Source: Desulfomicrobium sp.
GTDB taxonomy: Bacteria > Desulfobacterota > Desulfovibrionia > Desulfovibrionales > Desulfomicrobiaceae
Assembly (NCBI GenBank): GCA_040768745.1
Contig: JAXGMI010000001.1
Location: forward strand, 928,001 to 992,000
Direction of reading: 5' to 3'
Length of the DNA: 64,000 nt
Positions 43,591 through 52,905 of this stretch are shown piece after piece. A program made the position numbers and the translations under genes. The notes beneath the pieces are model-generated. The model saw only the letters and a list, made by a program, of their open reading frames with translations. It made no database searches and had not been told where the DNA came from. The number at the start of each line of letters is the position of its first letter. The stretch's first letter is position 1.

Positions 43591-46086
43591 ATGAACGCAG
43601 TGAAGGCGCTCTGCGCCGGTGAAAGTGGCAAAGGTGTGGTCATTCAGGGGAACATGGCATTTGCCGTAGGCTGTGTCAGGGCAGGGATACATGCTGCCGA
43701 CGGGTATCCCGGGACGCCCAGCACAGAGGTCATCGACAAGGGCCTGTCCCAGGTCCAGGACATGATCACCGTGGGCTGGTCCGTGAACGAGGCCGTGGCC
43801 GCGGGCGTGGGCTTCGGCCACACCCTGGCCGGCAGCGACTGCGTGGTGACCATGAAGATCCCGGGCCTGTTCCAGGCCGCCGACGTCATCACCAGCGCCG
43901 CCTTCTACACCGGGCAGCGCGGCAGCCTCGTCTACTACATCGCCAGCGACTACACGCCCAGCTCCACCCAGCACCTGGTGGACCCTCGCTACGTGCTGAA
44001 GAGCTGTTGCGTGCCGGTCTTCGAGCCGCGCAACCACCAGGAGATGCACGAGGCCGCGCGGATTGCCGCCGACCTGGGCCGTCGGTTCAACACCCCCGTG
44101 GCCGTCATCGCCTCGGGCGTGCTCTGCCACAGCGAAGGCTTGGTCCGGCTCATGGGCACGACCGTGCGCGAGAAGGCCCCCCTGCCCGAGAAAATGAGCG
44201 ACTTCATCACCCTGCCCAACCGGGCGCGCATGTTCCACGACCAGGTCCGCACCACGCGCATCCCGGCCCTGCGCCGGATGGTCGAGGACAGCCCCTTGAA
44301 TGCCTGGACCAAGGGCGACGGCTCCATCGGCATCATCACCCACGGCGTGAACACACTCTTCGTCGAGGAGGTCAAGTCCGCCACGGGCAAGAACATCGAC
44401 GTCCTGTCCCTGGGCTTCACCTACCCCCTGCCCATGGACCTCATCCGCCGCTTTTGCGAGAGCGTTACCGGCCCCGTCTTCGTCGTGGAGGACGGCTACC
44501 GCTTCATCCAGGAGAGCATCCTGGCCGAAGGTATCGCCGTTGAAGGCAAGGGCCAGGACGAGACCGTCACCGAATGGTCCCCGGCCCTCATCGCCGCCCG
44601 TCTGGGCCTGCCTGTGCGAGCCGGGAAGCCCGGCGCGGCCAGTCTGCCCCGACCGCCCATGATCTGCGCAGGCTGTCCGTACCGCCTGTTCGGCCAGATC
44701 GTCGGCAAGATGCGCTCCAAGGGCAAGCTGGAGGCAGTCTTCGGTGACATCGGCTGCAACACCCTGCTGCACTTCCTGAACGCCATGGACACGGCCCTGG
44801 CCATGGGCGCCAGCGAAGCCAAGCGCCTGGGCTACGTCCTGTCGCGGCCCGAGGCGGCGAGCAAGTGCCTGGCCGTGCTGGGCGACGGCACTGAGTGCCA
44901 CAGCGGCATGGACGCCACCCGTAACACCATTTTCCGCAATGTTCCGGGCGTGAAGGTCATCCTCAACAACAACTGGACGGCCATGACCGGAGGACAGCCC
45001 TCCCCCACGTCGCCCGCCAACCTGGCCGGCGACCCCAACGTATTCGACCTGAACGCAAGCCTGAAGGCCCACGGCGCACATGTTGTCGAGGTCAGCGGGT
45101 ATGACAAAAAGGCGTTGGAAAAGGCCCTCAAGAAAGCCCTGGCCGATGCCGAGGCCGGCACCTTCACCACCCTGGTGGTCACAGGTGTCTGCATCCGCAA
45201 GATGCCCAAGGACTCCTACGGCGTCAAAATGGCTGTGGACCCTGAGCTGTGCGTGCGCTGCGGCATGTGCCAGATCTGTCCCGGCATCGAGGCCGACGCC
45301 GAAGAACTGCCCTTCTTCAACAACATCTGCACGGGCTGCGTCAGCCAGAAGCAGGCCTGCGCCCAGATGTGCCCCAAGGGGGCCATCGCCCCGGCCAGGG
45401 ACCAGAGCGCCTGCGGTCTGACCAGCTGCCCCGACCTGCCCGTGCCGCCCGAAACCATCGATCTGCCGGCCGTGACCCGCGGCCTGCCGCCCTTTCTGTC
45501 CGTGGCCATCCGCGGCGTGGGCGGCCAGGGCAACCTCTTCTTCGGTCGCGTGCTGACCCAGCTGGCCTACCTGCTGGGCTACGACAAGCAGAACATCGTC
45601 AAGGGCGAGACCCACGGCATGGCCCAGATGGGCGGCCCCGTCATCAGCACCTTCGCCTGTGGCAGCGTCCATTCGCCGGTGCTCATGCCCGGCACCACCC
45701 AGTGCCTGGTCTGTATGGAACGCAGCGAAGTCTTCCGTCCCGGTTTCCTGGACATGCTCAGGCCCGGCGGTACGGTCATCCTGGCCGACACGGCCATCAT
45801 GCCCCCTCTCTTCAAGGCCGAGAACTACCCCTCGGTCCAGGCCGTGCGCCAGGCCCTGGAGGGGTACAAGGTCATCGATGTGGACGTCCTGAGTACGGCC
45901 CTGGGCCTGGGGGACCCCACAGGCCGCTGTGCCAACGTGGTCATGATCGGGGTCCTGAGCACCCTGTCCCCCTTCGACTCTTTCCCCATGGAGTACTGGC
46001 TGCAGGCCTTGAAGAACGTCAGCCCCAAGCCGGCCGTCTGGCAGGCCAACTACGCGGCCTTTCTGGCCGGGCAAAAACTCGGATAA
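43591..46086 (+). CDS. Indolepyruvate:ferredoxin oxidoreductase-like enzyme, alpha and beta subunits fused
   Basis: GN.AFA.G, GYPGTPSTE, VNEAVA, PRPP.ICAGCPYR, GDIGC, GDG..HSG, N..TAMTGGQ, ferredoxin Cys motifs, then the beta-type GVGGQG, ETHGMAQMGG.V, NVVMIG. Confidence 0.9.
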   Translation: MNAVKALCAGESGKGVVIQGNMAFAVGCVRAGIHAADGYPGTPSTEVIDKGLSQVQDMITVGWSVNEAVAAGVGFGHTLAGSDCVVTMKIPGLFQAADVITSAAFYTGQRGSLVYYIASDYTPSSTQHLVDPRYVLKSCCVPVFEPRNHQEMHEAARIAADLGRRFNTPVAVIASGVLCHSEGLVRLMGTTVREKAPLPEKMSDFITLPNRARMFHDQVRTTRIPALRRMVEDSPLNAWTKGDGSIGIITHGVNTLFVEEVKSATGKNIDVLSLGFTYPLPMDLIRRFCESVTGPVFVVEDGYRFIQESILAEGIAVEGKGQDETVTEWSPALIAARLGLPVRAGKPGAASLPRPPMICAGCPYRLFGQIVGKMRSKGKLEAVFGDIGCNTLLHFLNAMDTALAMGASEAKRLGYVLSRPEAASKCLAVLGDGTECHSGMDATRNTIFRNVPGVKVILNNNWTAMTGGQPSPTSPANLAGDPNVFDLNASLKAHGAHVVEVSGYDKKALEKALKKALADAEAGTFTTLVVTGVCIRKMPKDSYGVKMAVDPELCVRCGMCQICPGIEADAEELPFFNNICTGCVSQKQACAQMCPKGAIAPARDQSACGLTSCPDLPVPPETIDLPAVTRGLPPFLSVAIRGVGGQGNLFFGRVLTQLAYLLGYDKQNIVKGETHGMAQMGGPVISTFACGSVHSPVLMPGTTQCLVCMERSEVFRPGFLDMLRPGGTVILADTAIMPPLFKAENYPSVQAVRQALEGYKVIDVDVLSTALGLGDPTGRCANVVMIGVLSTLSPFDSFPMEYWLQALKNVSPKPAVWQANYAAFLAGQKLG

Positions 46087-46097
46087 CAACGCATCAG

Positions 46098-46120
46098 GGC
46101 GGGCTTCGGCCCGCCTTTTT
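46098..46120 (+). terminator. Terminator-like hairpin with a cUUCGg tetraloop between the ior and ligase genes
   Basis: GGCGGGC-TTCG-GCCCGCC-TTTTT. Confidence 0.7.
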
Positions 46121-46138
46121 CATTTTCAGGGATGATCC

Positions 46139-48541
46139 ATGCACACGCCCGACTACATCGACTTCGAGGCCATCACGGCGCTCTTCCGCGTGGCCCACGC
46201 AGAAGGCCGCAACTTTCTCTACGAATACGAGGTCTACACTCTCCTGGCCCGTTCCGGGGCTGAGACCCCGCCCAGGGCGAGCCTGCTGGTGCGCGGCGCG
46301 CGGCCGTCCGACGAGGAACTGGCCGCCATGCCCGGCGACAAGGCGGTGCTCAAGATCGTCTCCCCGACCATCGTGCACAAGACCGAAGTCGGCGGGGTGC
46401 GCATCGTGCCCAAGACGCCCGACAGCGTGCGCTCGGCCCTGCGGCGTATGCTCTACGAGGTGCCCGAGAAGTACGCAGCCTGGATCGAGCGTCATCCTGA
46501 CGCCGCGCCGCCTTCCTATCGCGGGCTCACCGGGCAGGGGCTGGTGGCGGCCATCGGTCGGGACCTGAAGGGCGTGCTGCAGGTGCAGTTCATGCCGCCC
46601 GACTCCGACGCCTTCGGCAACGAGCTCATCGTCGGCCTGCGCCGCACGCGCGAGTTCGGCATGGTCCTCTCGGCCGGCCTGGGCGGCACGGACACGGAAC
46701 TCTACGCCCAGCGCTTCCGCAAGGGCCAGGCCATCGTGGCCGCGTCCACGGCCCTGACCGATGGCGAGGCCTTTTTCGAACTCTTCCGCCAGACCATCTC
46801 CTACAAAAAATTGGCCGGCCTGACCCGCGGCCAGCGGCGCATCGTTGGCGACGATCAGCTCATCGAGTGCTTCGAGAGCTTCATCGCCATGGCCAACTTC
46901 TATTCCCCGGAAAATCCCTACACGCCCTTCGTCATCGAGGAGCTCGAAATCAACCCCTTCGCCTTCACGGACTATCTCATGGTGCCCCTGGACGGCATGT
47001 GCCGCTTCTCCGTGCCCGGCAGCCGCCCCGCGGCGCGGCCCGTGGGCAAGATCGGCCACCTCCTGCACCCTGAGCGCATCGGCATCGTCGGCGTCTCGGC
47101 CATGCGCCGCAATTTCGGGCGCATCATCCTGGACAACGTCCTGGCCCAGGGATTTGGGCCCGAAAACGTGACCATCCTGCGCGAGGGCGGACCCGACGCG
47201 AGCGGCGTGGCCTGCGTGCCCGGCTTGGCCAGCCTGCCCCACAAGCTCGACCTGCTGGTGGTGGCTGTGAACGCGGCCCAGGTGCCGGATCTGGTGGAGG
47301 AGGTCATCGCGCGGGACGCGGCCCAGGCCGTCATGCTCATCCCCGGCGGCATGGGCGAGACCGAGGACAGCCGGGAGAGGGCGGCGCAGGTCATGGCCCG
47401 CATCGACGCGGCCCACGGCCAGGGCGACGGCGGGCCTGTGTTCCTGGGGGCCAACTGCATGGGCGTGGTCTCCAGGCCAGGGAGCTACGACACGTGGTTC
47501 ATCCCCGAGGAGAAGCTGCCCCGGGAGCGCGGCAAGCCGTACCGGCGGGCGGCCCTGGTCAGCCAGAGCGGGGCTTTCATGCTGCACCGCAGCAGCCAGT
47601 GTCCGGAGCTGGCCCCGGCCTACATGATCTCCATGGGCAACCAGACGGACCTGACCCTGGGCGACATGGTCAGCTATTTCAAGGACTCGGAGGAGGTCGA
47701 TGTCATTGCCGTCTACGCCGAGGGCTTCAACGACCTCGACGGCCTGGCCTTCTGCAAGGCCGTGCGCGGGGCTGTGCTGGGAGGCAAGGAGGTGGTTTTC
47801 TACAAGGCCGGCCGCACGCCCGAGGGCAAGTCCGCCACCAGCGGCCATACGGCCTCCCTGGCCGGAGACTACATGGTCTGCGAGAGCTGCGTGCGTCAGG
47901 CCGGGGCCATCGTGGCCCAGAACTTCAACCAGTTCCAGGACCTCTTCCTGCTGGCCGAAACCCTGCACGGCAAGAAGATCCGCGGCAACCGATTGGCGGC
48001 CTTGAGCGGGGCCGGCTTCGAGGCCGTGGGCATGGCCGACTCCATCCAGAGCGACGACTACGCCATGCAGCTGGCGCCCTTCGCGGCGGACACGGTCGAG
48101 AGGATCGGAGACGTGCTGCGGGATAAGCGCCTGGACAGGCTGGTCAGCATCGTCAATCCTCTGGACATCAACCCGGCGGCCGACGACGAGGCCCACGCCC
48201 GCATCGCGGCCATCCTGGCCGAAGACCCGGGCGTGGACGCGGTGGTCATGGGCCTGGATCCGCTCTCGCCGGCCATGCACACCCTGGCGGACACGGACGT
48301 GCCGGCCTTCGACCTGGGGGCCGCAGTCAGCATCGCGCGGCTGTTGCCCGAAGTGGCCGGGCAAAGCGACAAGCCCGTCATCGGCATCATCGACGGCGGC
48401 AGGTTGTACGACCCCCTGCGCGACGCGCTCATGGCCGGCGGCGTGCCGGTCTTCCCGGTCTGCGACCGGGCTGTGGCCGCCCTGGCCCAGTACATCCAGG
48501 CCCGGCTCTACGCCGACCTGCTGCGGGGCGGGCTGGGCTGA
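46139..48541 (+). CDS. ADP-forming acyl-CoA (acetate--CoA ligase family) synthetase, ATP-grasp domain first
   Basis: VLKIVSP.I.HKTEVGGV, ELIVG, G.GG, EINP, then CoA-binding IGIVGVS, LGANCMG, SQSGA, SMGNQ.D, KAGRT..G..A.SGHTASLAG, NPLD. Confidence 0.9.
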   Translation: MHTPDYIDFEAITALFRVAHAEGRNFLYEYEVYTLLARSGAETPPRASLLVRGARPSDEELAAMPGDKAVLKIVSPTIVHKTEVGGVRIVPKTPDSVRSALRRMLYEVPEKYAAWIERHPDAAPPSYRGLTGQGLVAAIGRDLKGVLQVQFMPPDSDAFGNELIVGLRRTREFGMVLSAGLGGTDTELYAQRFRKGQAIVAASTALTDGEAFFELFRQTISYKKLAGLTRGQRRIVGDDQLIECFESFIAMANFYSPENPYTPFVIEELEINPFAFTDYLMVPLDGMCRFSVPGSRPAARPVGKIGHLLHPERIGIVGVSAMRRNFGRIILDNVLAQGFGPENVTILREGGPDASGVACVPGLASLPHKLDLLVVAVNAAQVPDLVEEVIARDAAQAVMLIPGGMGETEDSRERAAQVMARIDAAHGQGDGGPVFLGANCMGVVSRPGSYDTWFIPEEKLPRERGKPYRRAALVSQSGAFMLHRSSQCPELAPAYMISMGNQTDLTLGDMVSYFKDSEEVDVIAVYAEGFNDLDGLAFCKAVRGAVLGGKEVVFYKAGRTPEGKSATSGHTASLAGDYMVCESCVRQAGAIVAQNFNQFQDLFLLAETLHGKKIRGNRLAALSGAGFEAVGMADSIQSDDYAMQLAPFAADTVERIGDVLRDKRLDRLVSIVNPLDINPAADDEAHARIAAILAEDPGVDAVVMGLDPLSPAMHTLADTDVPAFDLGAAVSIARLLPEVAGQSDKPVIGIIDGGRLYDPLRDALMAGGVPVFPVCDRAVAALAQYIQARLYADLLRGGLG

Positions 48542-48581
48542 GGTTTACGAACGGAGCTGCCCAGTGAGTGCCGCGTTCAAC

Positions 48582-49727
48582 TCAGAAGTCCCAACGCTTT
48601 CTCCTGCACCAGTCGTACGATCTTATGCCATGCACCATTTCGGCCAGTACGTTTCCCCTCATTCGGAAGTAGCGTCCAAGGTTCGTCGGATTGATCATGT
48701 TCAGGCCGTATAGCAGCCAGCGCAGGCGGTTGGCTCCGCGCATTTCCGGCAGCACAAAGCCGCGAATGCGTTCGCGGTAGGCCGGGCCGGGATGGAAGCC
48801 ACGTTCCAACGCCTCGGCCACGGCTTCCCCCGCATACCAGCCTGTCAGGAGGGCGTAGAAGATCCCCTCGCCCAGGAGCGGGTCGGCATAGCCGCCGGCG
48901 TCTCCGGCCAGGAGGATGTTGCCGTGGGTTGGATTTTGCAGGGCGTTTCCATAGGGGATGGGGTGCCCGTGCAGGGGGTGGCTGCAGATGAGTCCTCGAG
49001 GGTCCGTTACACCCAGGATGCTCAGGAAATCGGCAAAAGCGTGCCTGAAATTCTCAGCATGCCTTCTCAAACCGCACAGGCCCAGGATCACTCCGTGCCG
49101 GCTGGGGAAGACCCAGCCGTATCCTGCCGGCAGGATTCCTGCGTGCAGTTCAGGTCGGTCCGTTGCATGCGGGATGGCCTCTTGCGGAGCGGTGATTTCA
49201 ACGGCTGTGGCCAGGTTTCTCATCCACCGCTCACGTGACAAGCCAAAGCATTTACGGATCGTGGAATTGACGCCGTCGGCGCCGATGACGAAACGGCCCC
49301 GAAAATGGCCGCGGTTCGTGCATAGCGTCCCGTCCGGGGAACAGTGCGAAACGTTGCAGTCTTGAATGACCTGGGCTCCTGACATGCGGGCCAAGTTCAG
49401 CAGGTGATTGTCGAACGCGGATCGACGGATGAGATGGAAGGGGTAGGCGAAGCGGCCCAAGGCAAGGGGATGGCCGCGATGGCAGACGCTATACCCATCG
49501 GTAACCGTGTCCACGGCCCCGGACTCGGTCAGGACTGTGGGCGTGCTTCCGTGTATCCGCTCCAGAAGGCGTATAGTTTTCCACGTCAGCAGTCCGCCGC
49601 AGAGCTTGGAGCGGGGAAAAGAGGCCTTGTCCATGAGCAGGACGTCAAAGCCCCGGCGGGCCAGGGTCAGGGCTGCGGTGCTGCCCGCCGGCCCGGCTCC
49701 GGCGATGACCACGTCTGCGAGTTGCAC
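48582..49727 (-). CDS. Geranylgeranyl-reductase-family FAD-dependent oxidoreductase
   Basis: DVVIAGAGPAGS.AA, FPRSKLCGG, R..FD, GADGVNS, YGWVFP, GDAGG..DPL.GEGI.YA. GTG start with GGAGA RBS. Confidence 0.88.
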   Translation of the reverse strand: MQLADVVIAGAGPAGSTAALTLARRGFDVLLMDKASFPRSKLCGGLLTWKTIRLLERIHGSTPTVLTESGAVDTVTDGYSVCHRGHPLALGRFAYPFHLIRRSAFDNHLLNLARMSGAQVIQDCNVSHCSPDGTLCTNRGHFRGRFVIGADGVNSTIRKCFGLSRERWMRNLATAVEITAPQEAIPHATDRPELHAGILPAGYGWVFPSRHGVILGLCGLRRHAENFRHAFADFLSILGVTDPRGLICSHPLHGHPIPYGNALQNPTHGNILLAGDAGGYADPLLGEGIFYALLTGWYAGEAVAEALERGFHPGPAYRERIRGFVLPEMRGANRLRWLLYGLNMINPTNLGRYFRMRGNVLAEMVHGIRSYDWCRRKRWDF

Positions 49728-49764
49728 TGCATCTTCTCCAGGCGTTTGTCTGCGAGTGTCAGGG

Positions 49765-51678
49765 TCAGTCCTCGACGATGGAGGACATGTCGGTTTCGAT
49801 TCCGGCTTCCCTCGCCTTGAGAACCCGGCGGACAATCTTGCCACTGCGGGTCCGGGGCAGCGTGTCCACGAATTCCACGGAGCGGATTACGGCCACGGGC
49901 CCAACCTCTTTGCGCATGTGGGCCTTGAGCATGCGGACAATCTCGTTACGGTCGTCCAGTACGGCGAACTCGGGTTGCAGCACAACAAAGGCCTTGGCTA
50001 CCTCACCCTTGATCTTGTCCGGAATGCCGATGACCGCCACGTCAGCCACGGCCTTGTGGGACAGAAAGGCGTTTTCCAATTCCACGTTGCCGATGCGGTG
50101 CCCGGCTATGTTCAACGCCTCGTCGGAACGGCCGTGAATCCAGATCAGTCCGTCCTCGTCCCGGGTGGCAATGTCTCCGGCCCAGTATTGCCCCGGTCCC
50201 AGGGGCCAGTAGGTGGATCTGAAGAGGTCGGGTTTGCGGTAAAGCCCCAGGAGCATGGATGGCCAGGGCTTGGTCACGACCAGATTGCCCTGCTCTCCTG
50301 TGCGGACTGGCTCGCCCTGGTCGTTGACCACATCTACCTCAATGCCGGGTAATGGTCGGTGTACGGATCCAGGCTTGAGAACCGAGACTGGGAAGGGGGA
50401 GATCATGCACCCGCCGGTTTCGGTTTGCCACCAGGTATCCAGGATAGGGCATTCGGAATGGCCAATATGCTTGTAGAACCACAGCCATGTGTCAGGGGAA
50501 ATGGGTTCTCCCACGCTGGCGAGAAGGCGCAAGGTGGAGAGGTCGTGCATGCGCGGATACTGGTTGCCGTAGCGCATGAGCATGCGGATCACCGTGGGTG
50601 CGGTATAGAGGATGGTTACGCCGTAGCGGGCCACGATGTCCCACATGCGGTCGGCCTGGGGATAGAGGGGATGTCCTTCGTACATGACCGTGGTTGTGCC
50701 GGCGATAAGCGGCCCATAGACCACATAGCTGTGCCCGGTGATCCAGCCCATGTCCCCGGTGCACCAGAAAATATCCGTGGGCTTGATGTCGAAAACCCAG
50801 TCCAGGGAGCGGTGCAAGCCAACCATGTATCCAGCGTGGCCGTGAACCACTCCCTTGGGTTCGCCAGTGGTGCCAGAGGTGTGCAGAATGAAGAGTGGAT
50901 CATCGGCTTCCATGATTTCCGTGGCCGCTTCGGGGCGCTCCTGGCGGACCAGCGCATCGTACCAGATGTCCCGGGCTTCGCTCATGTCTACGTCCAGCTT
51001 GGCCCGGTTGACCACGATGACGGTCTCTACACAGTCACACCCGCTGACAAGGGCTTCATCCACCGTGGACTTCAGGTTGACGATATGTCCATTGCGGTAA
51101 AATCCATCAGCCGTGATGACCACCTTGGCTTCGATCTCGGTGATGCGCTGCTTGAGGGCTTTGGCCGAGAAGCCGGCAAAGACCGCGCAATGCACAGCCC
51201 CGATTTTGGCGCAGGCGAGCATGGCCATCATGGTCTGCGGGATGAGAGGCATGTACAGGACGACCCGGTGCCCCTTGCCCACGCCCAATGAACGCATGGC
51301 ATTGGCCAGTTTGTTCACCTCGCGGTAGAGTTCATAATAGGTGAATTTTTTGGTATCCCCTGCCTCGCCTTCCCAGATGAGGGCGAGCTTGTTTTTGTTG
51401 CCCGTGGCGATATGGCGGTCCAGGGCGTTGTAGACAATGTTGCACTGTGAACCCTTGAACCATTGGTAATGCGGCGCGAGCGTGTCATCGAGGACAGTGT
51501 CCCATTTGCGGAACCAGTCCAGCTCCTGGGCGGCGTCCTCCCAGTAACCGATCTGGTCGGCTTTGGCCGAAGCCAGGGCCGTGGCGAATTCCTGTGGATT
51601 GACATTGGCTTCGATGACCAGTTGGGGCAGAGGCCGGAAGACGAGCTCTTCGGTGTAGGCCATGTAGGCTTCTTTCAT
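49765..51678 (-). CDS. acs: Acetyl-CoA synthetase (AMP-forming)
   Basis: [71 protein letters not shown]. Confidence 0.93.
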   Translation of the reverse strand: MKEAYMAYTEELVFRPLPQLVIEANVNPQEFATALASAKADQIGYWEDAAQELDWFRKWDTVLDDTLAPHYQWFKGSQCNIVYNALDRHIATGNKNKLALIWEGEAGDTKKFTYYELYREVNKLANAMRSLGVGKGHRVVLYMPLIPQTMMAMLACAKIGAVHCAVFAGFSAKALKQRITEIEAKVVITADGFYRNGHIVNLKSTVDEALVSGCDCVETVIVVNRAKLDVDMSEARDIWYDALVRQERPEAATEIMEADDPLFILHTSGTTGEPKGVVHGHAGYMVGLHRSLDWVFDIKPTDIFWCTGDMGWITGHSYVVYGPLIAGTTTVMYEGHPLYPQADRMWDIVARYGVTILYTAPTVIRMLMRYGNQYPRMHDLSTLRLLASVGEPISPDTWLWFYKHIGHSECPILDTWWQTETGGCMISPFPVSVLKPGSVHRPLPGIEVDVVNDQGEPVRTGEQGNLVVTKPWPSMLLGLYRKPDLFRSTYWPLGPGQYWAGDIATRDEDGLIWIHGRSDEALNIAGHRIGNVELENAFLSHKAVADVAVIGIPDKIKGEVAKAFVVLQPEFAVLDDRNEIVRMLKAHMRKEVGPVAVIRSVEFVDTLPRTRSGKIVRRVLKAREAGIETDMSSIVED

Positions 51679-51734
51679 GGCGGTCTCCTTGCGCGGCGGG
51701 GTGCGTTTCGTGTCATGTACTCGTTTTCGTCGGT

Positions 51735-51783
51735 TGAGCGAAGGGTGTTCTCGGCTAATGGTCTGTCTTGGCTGGTGAGCGAT
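51735..51783 (-). promoter_or_regulatory. Direct repeat TCGCTCA x2 upstream of acs (possible LytTR site)
   Basis: Minus strand ATCGCTCA (51783-51776) and TTCGCTCA (51742-51735), 41 bp apart, between the LytTR gene and acs. Confidence 0.3.
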
Positions 51784-51795
51784 GGACGCGGGGGT

Positions 51796-52653
51796 CTAGA
51801 GCTGCAAGATTTTCTTTAATTCACCGATGCGGCGTCGGCTGACAGGCAGTTCGATCTTTTTCCGACCGGCCGTGCGGAGCATGAAATTCCCCCCGGGCAT
51901 GGATGCGATTTCCGTGACCATGTCCAGATTGACTAAGTACTTGCGATGAACGCGACAGAAGCGGTGGGGACGAAGCCTGGTCTCCAGATTTTTCAGCCGG
52001 TAGGAGGTCAGGAAGCGGTCCTGAGCGGTGTGCACGAAACTGTAATCCTCGTAGGCCTCCACATAGACGATCTGCGTATAGGGAATCAGGATGTGTCGGC
52101 CATCCTGGTTCACGGACAGCTTTTCGATCTCCGGCGGTCGTTCCCGGTTCATGTCCCAGGCCTGGCGGAGGGCGTTGACGAATACTTCCTCCTCGTCCTC
52201 GCCCAGAGGCAGGTGCAGGGTCTCTTCGGGCACGATCTGGCGGCTGCGCAATGGCTGTGTCGGCGGGGCGGCAACCTTGCGGGGCAGAAGGGGGCGCAGT
52301 CTCTCAATAGTCCGCGCGAACCGGTTTGCGTTCACGGGCCAGAGCAGATAGTCGGCCGCTCCCAGCTCGAAGGCGGCAAAGGCCTGATCTTCTTCTTTGG
52401 CCAGGAAGACCAGGGCTGGAGGGTCGTCTCCCTGGGCCAGATGGCTGGCCAGCTCCATGCCGTTGACCCCATGGGGCAGCTCCGTGCCCATAAAAAAGAC
52501 ATCGTAGGGGATGAAGGACAGCAACTCCAGGGCTTCGAACGAGGATACCGCCTCTCCGAGTACGACGATGTCCTTGACAGGGGCAAGCATGTCCCGCAAT
52601 TGGGTCCGCACTCCGGGGTCCGGATGAAGAAGTAACGCTTTGAGTTTAGGCAT
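51796..52653 (-). CDS. LytTR-family regulator with a degenerate receiver domain
   Basis: C-terminal LytTR (I.YVEA..DY, L..LE.RL....F.RVHRKYLVNL, LPVSRR). Receiver lacks the phospho-Asp (DVFFMG) and Lys (DYLLWP). Confidence 0.88.
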   Translation of the reverse strand: MPKLKALLLHPDPGVRTQLRDMLAPVKDIVVLGEAVSSFEALELLSFIPYDVFFMGTELPHGVNGMELASHLAQGDDPPALVFLAKEEDQAFAAFELGAADYLLWPVNANRFARTIERLRPLLPRKVAAPPTQPLRSRQIVPEETLHLPLGEDEEEVFVNALRQAWDMNRERPPEIEKLSVNQDGRHILIPYTQIVYVEAYEDYSFVHTAQDRFLTSYRLKNLETRLRPHRFCRVHRKYLVNLDMVTEIASMPGGNFMLRTAGRKKIELPVSRRRIGELKKILQL

Positions 52654-52905
52654 GGTCTGGCCTGGTCGCGGTCAACGGGATGACAATTCTCTATCCTTGA
52701 CGCGCCAAGACCTCAAGAGTCGAGCATGGGGAGGCGCGGCGGGGGTTCTCCGTGCCAGCCTGTGGAGGGCAGAGCCAGTCGCCGTTCTGGTTTCCGTCTG
52801 CATATCGCCCCCAGGTGGTCGGTTGGACATCGGCAGGGAAATCAAATATGGATAAACGCTTTTTATCCGCAATGCACGGAGCATTCAGCTTCTCCAACAG
52901 GAATT

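Noticed and set aside
43414..48364. Very long antisense ORFs (891 aa and 756 aa), and similar ones opposite lepA, purB, gyrA/B and nrdJ
   Set aside because: Shadow ORFs caused by GC-rich codon bias on the coding strand; no recognisable motifs.
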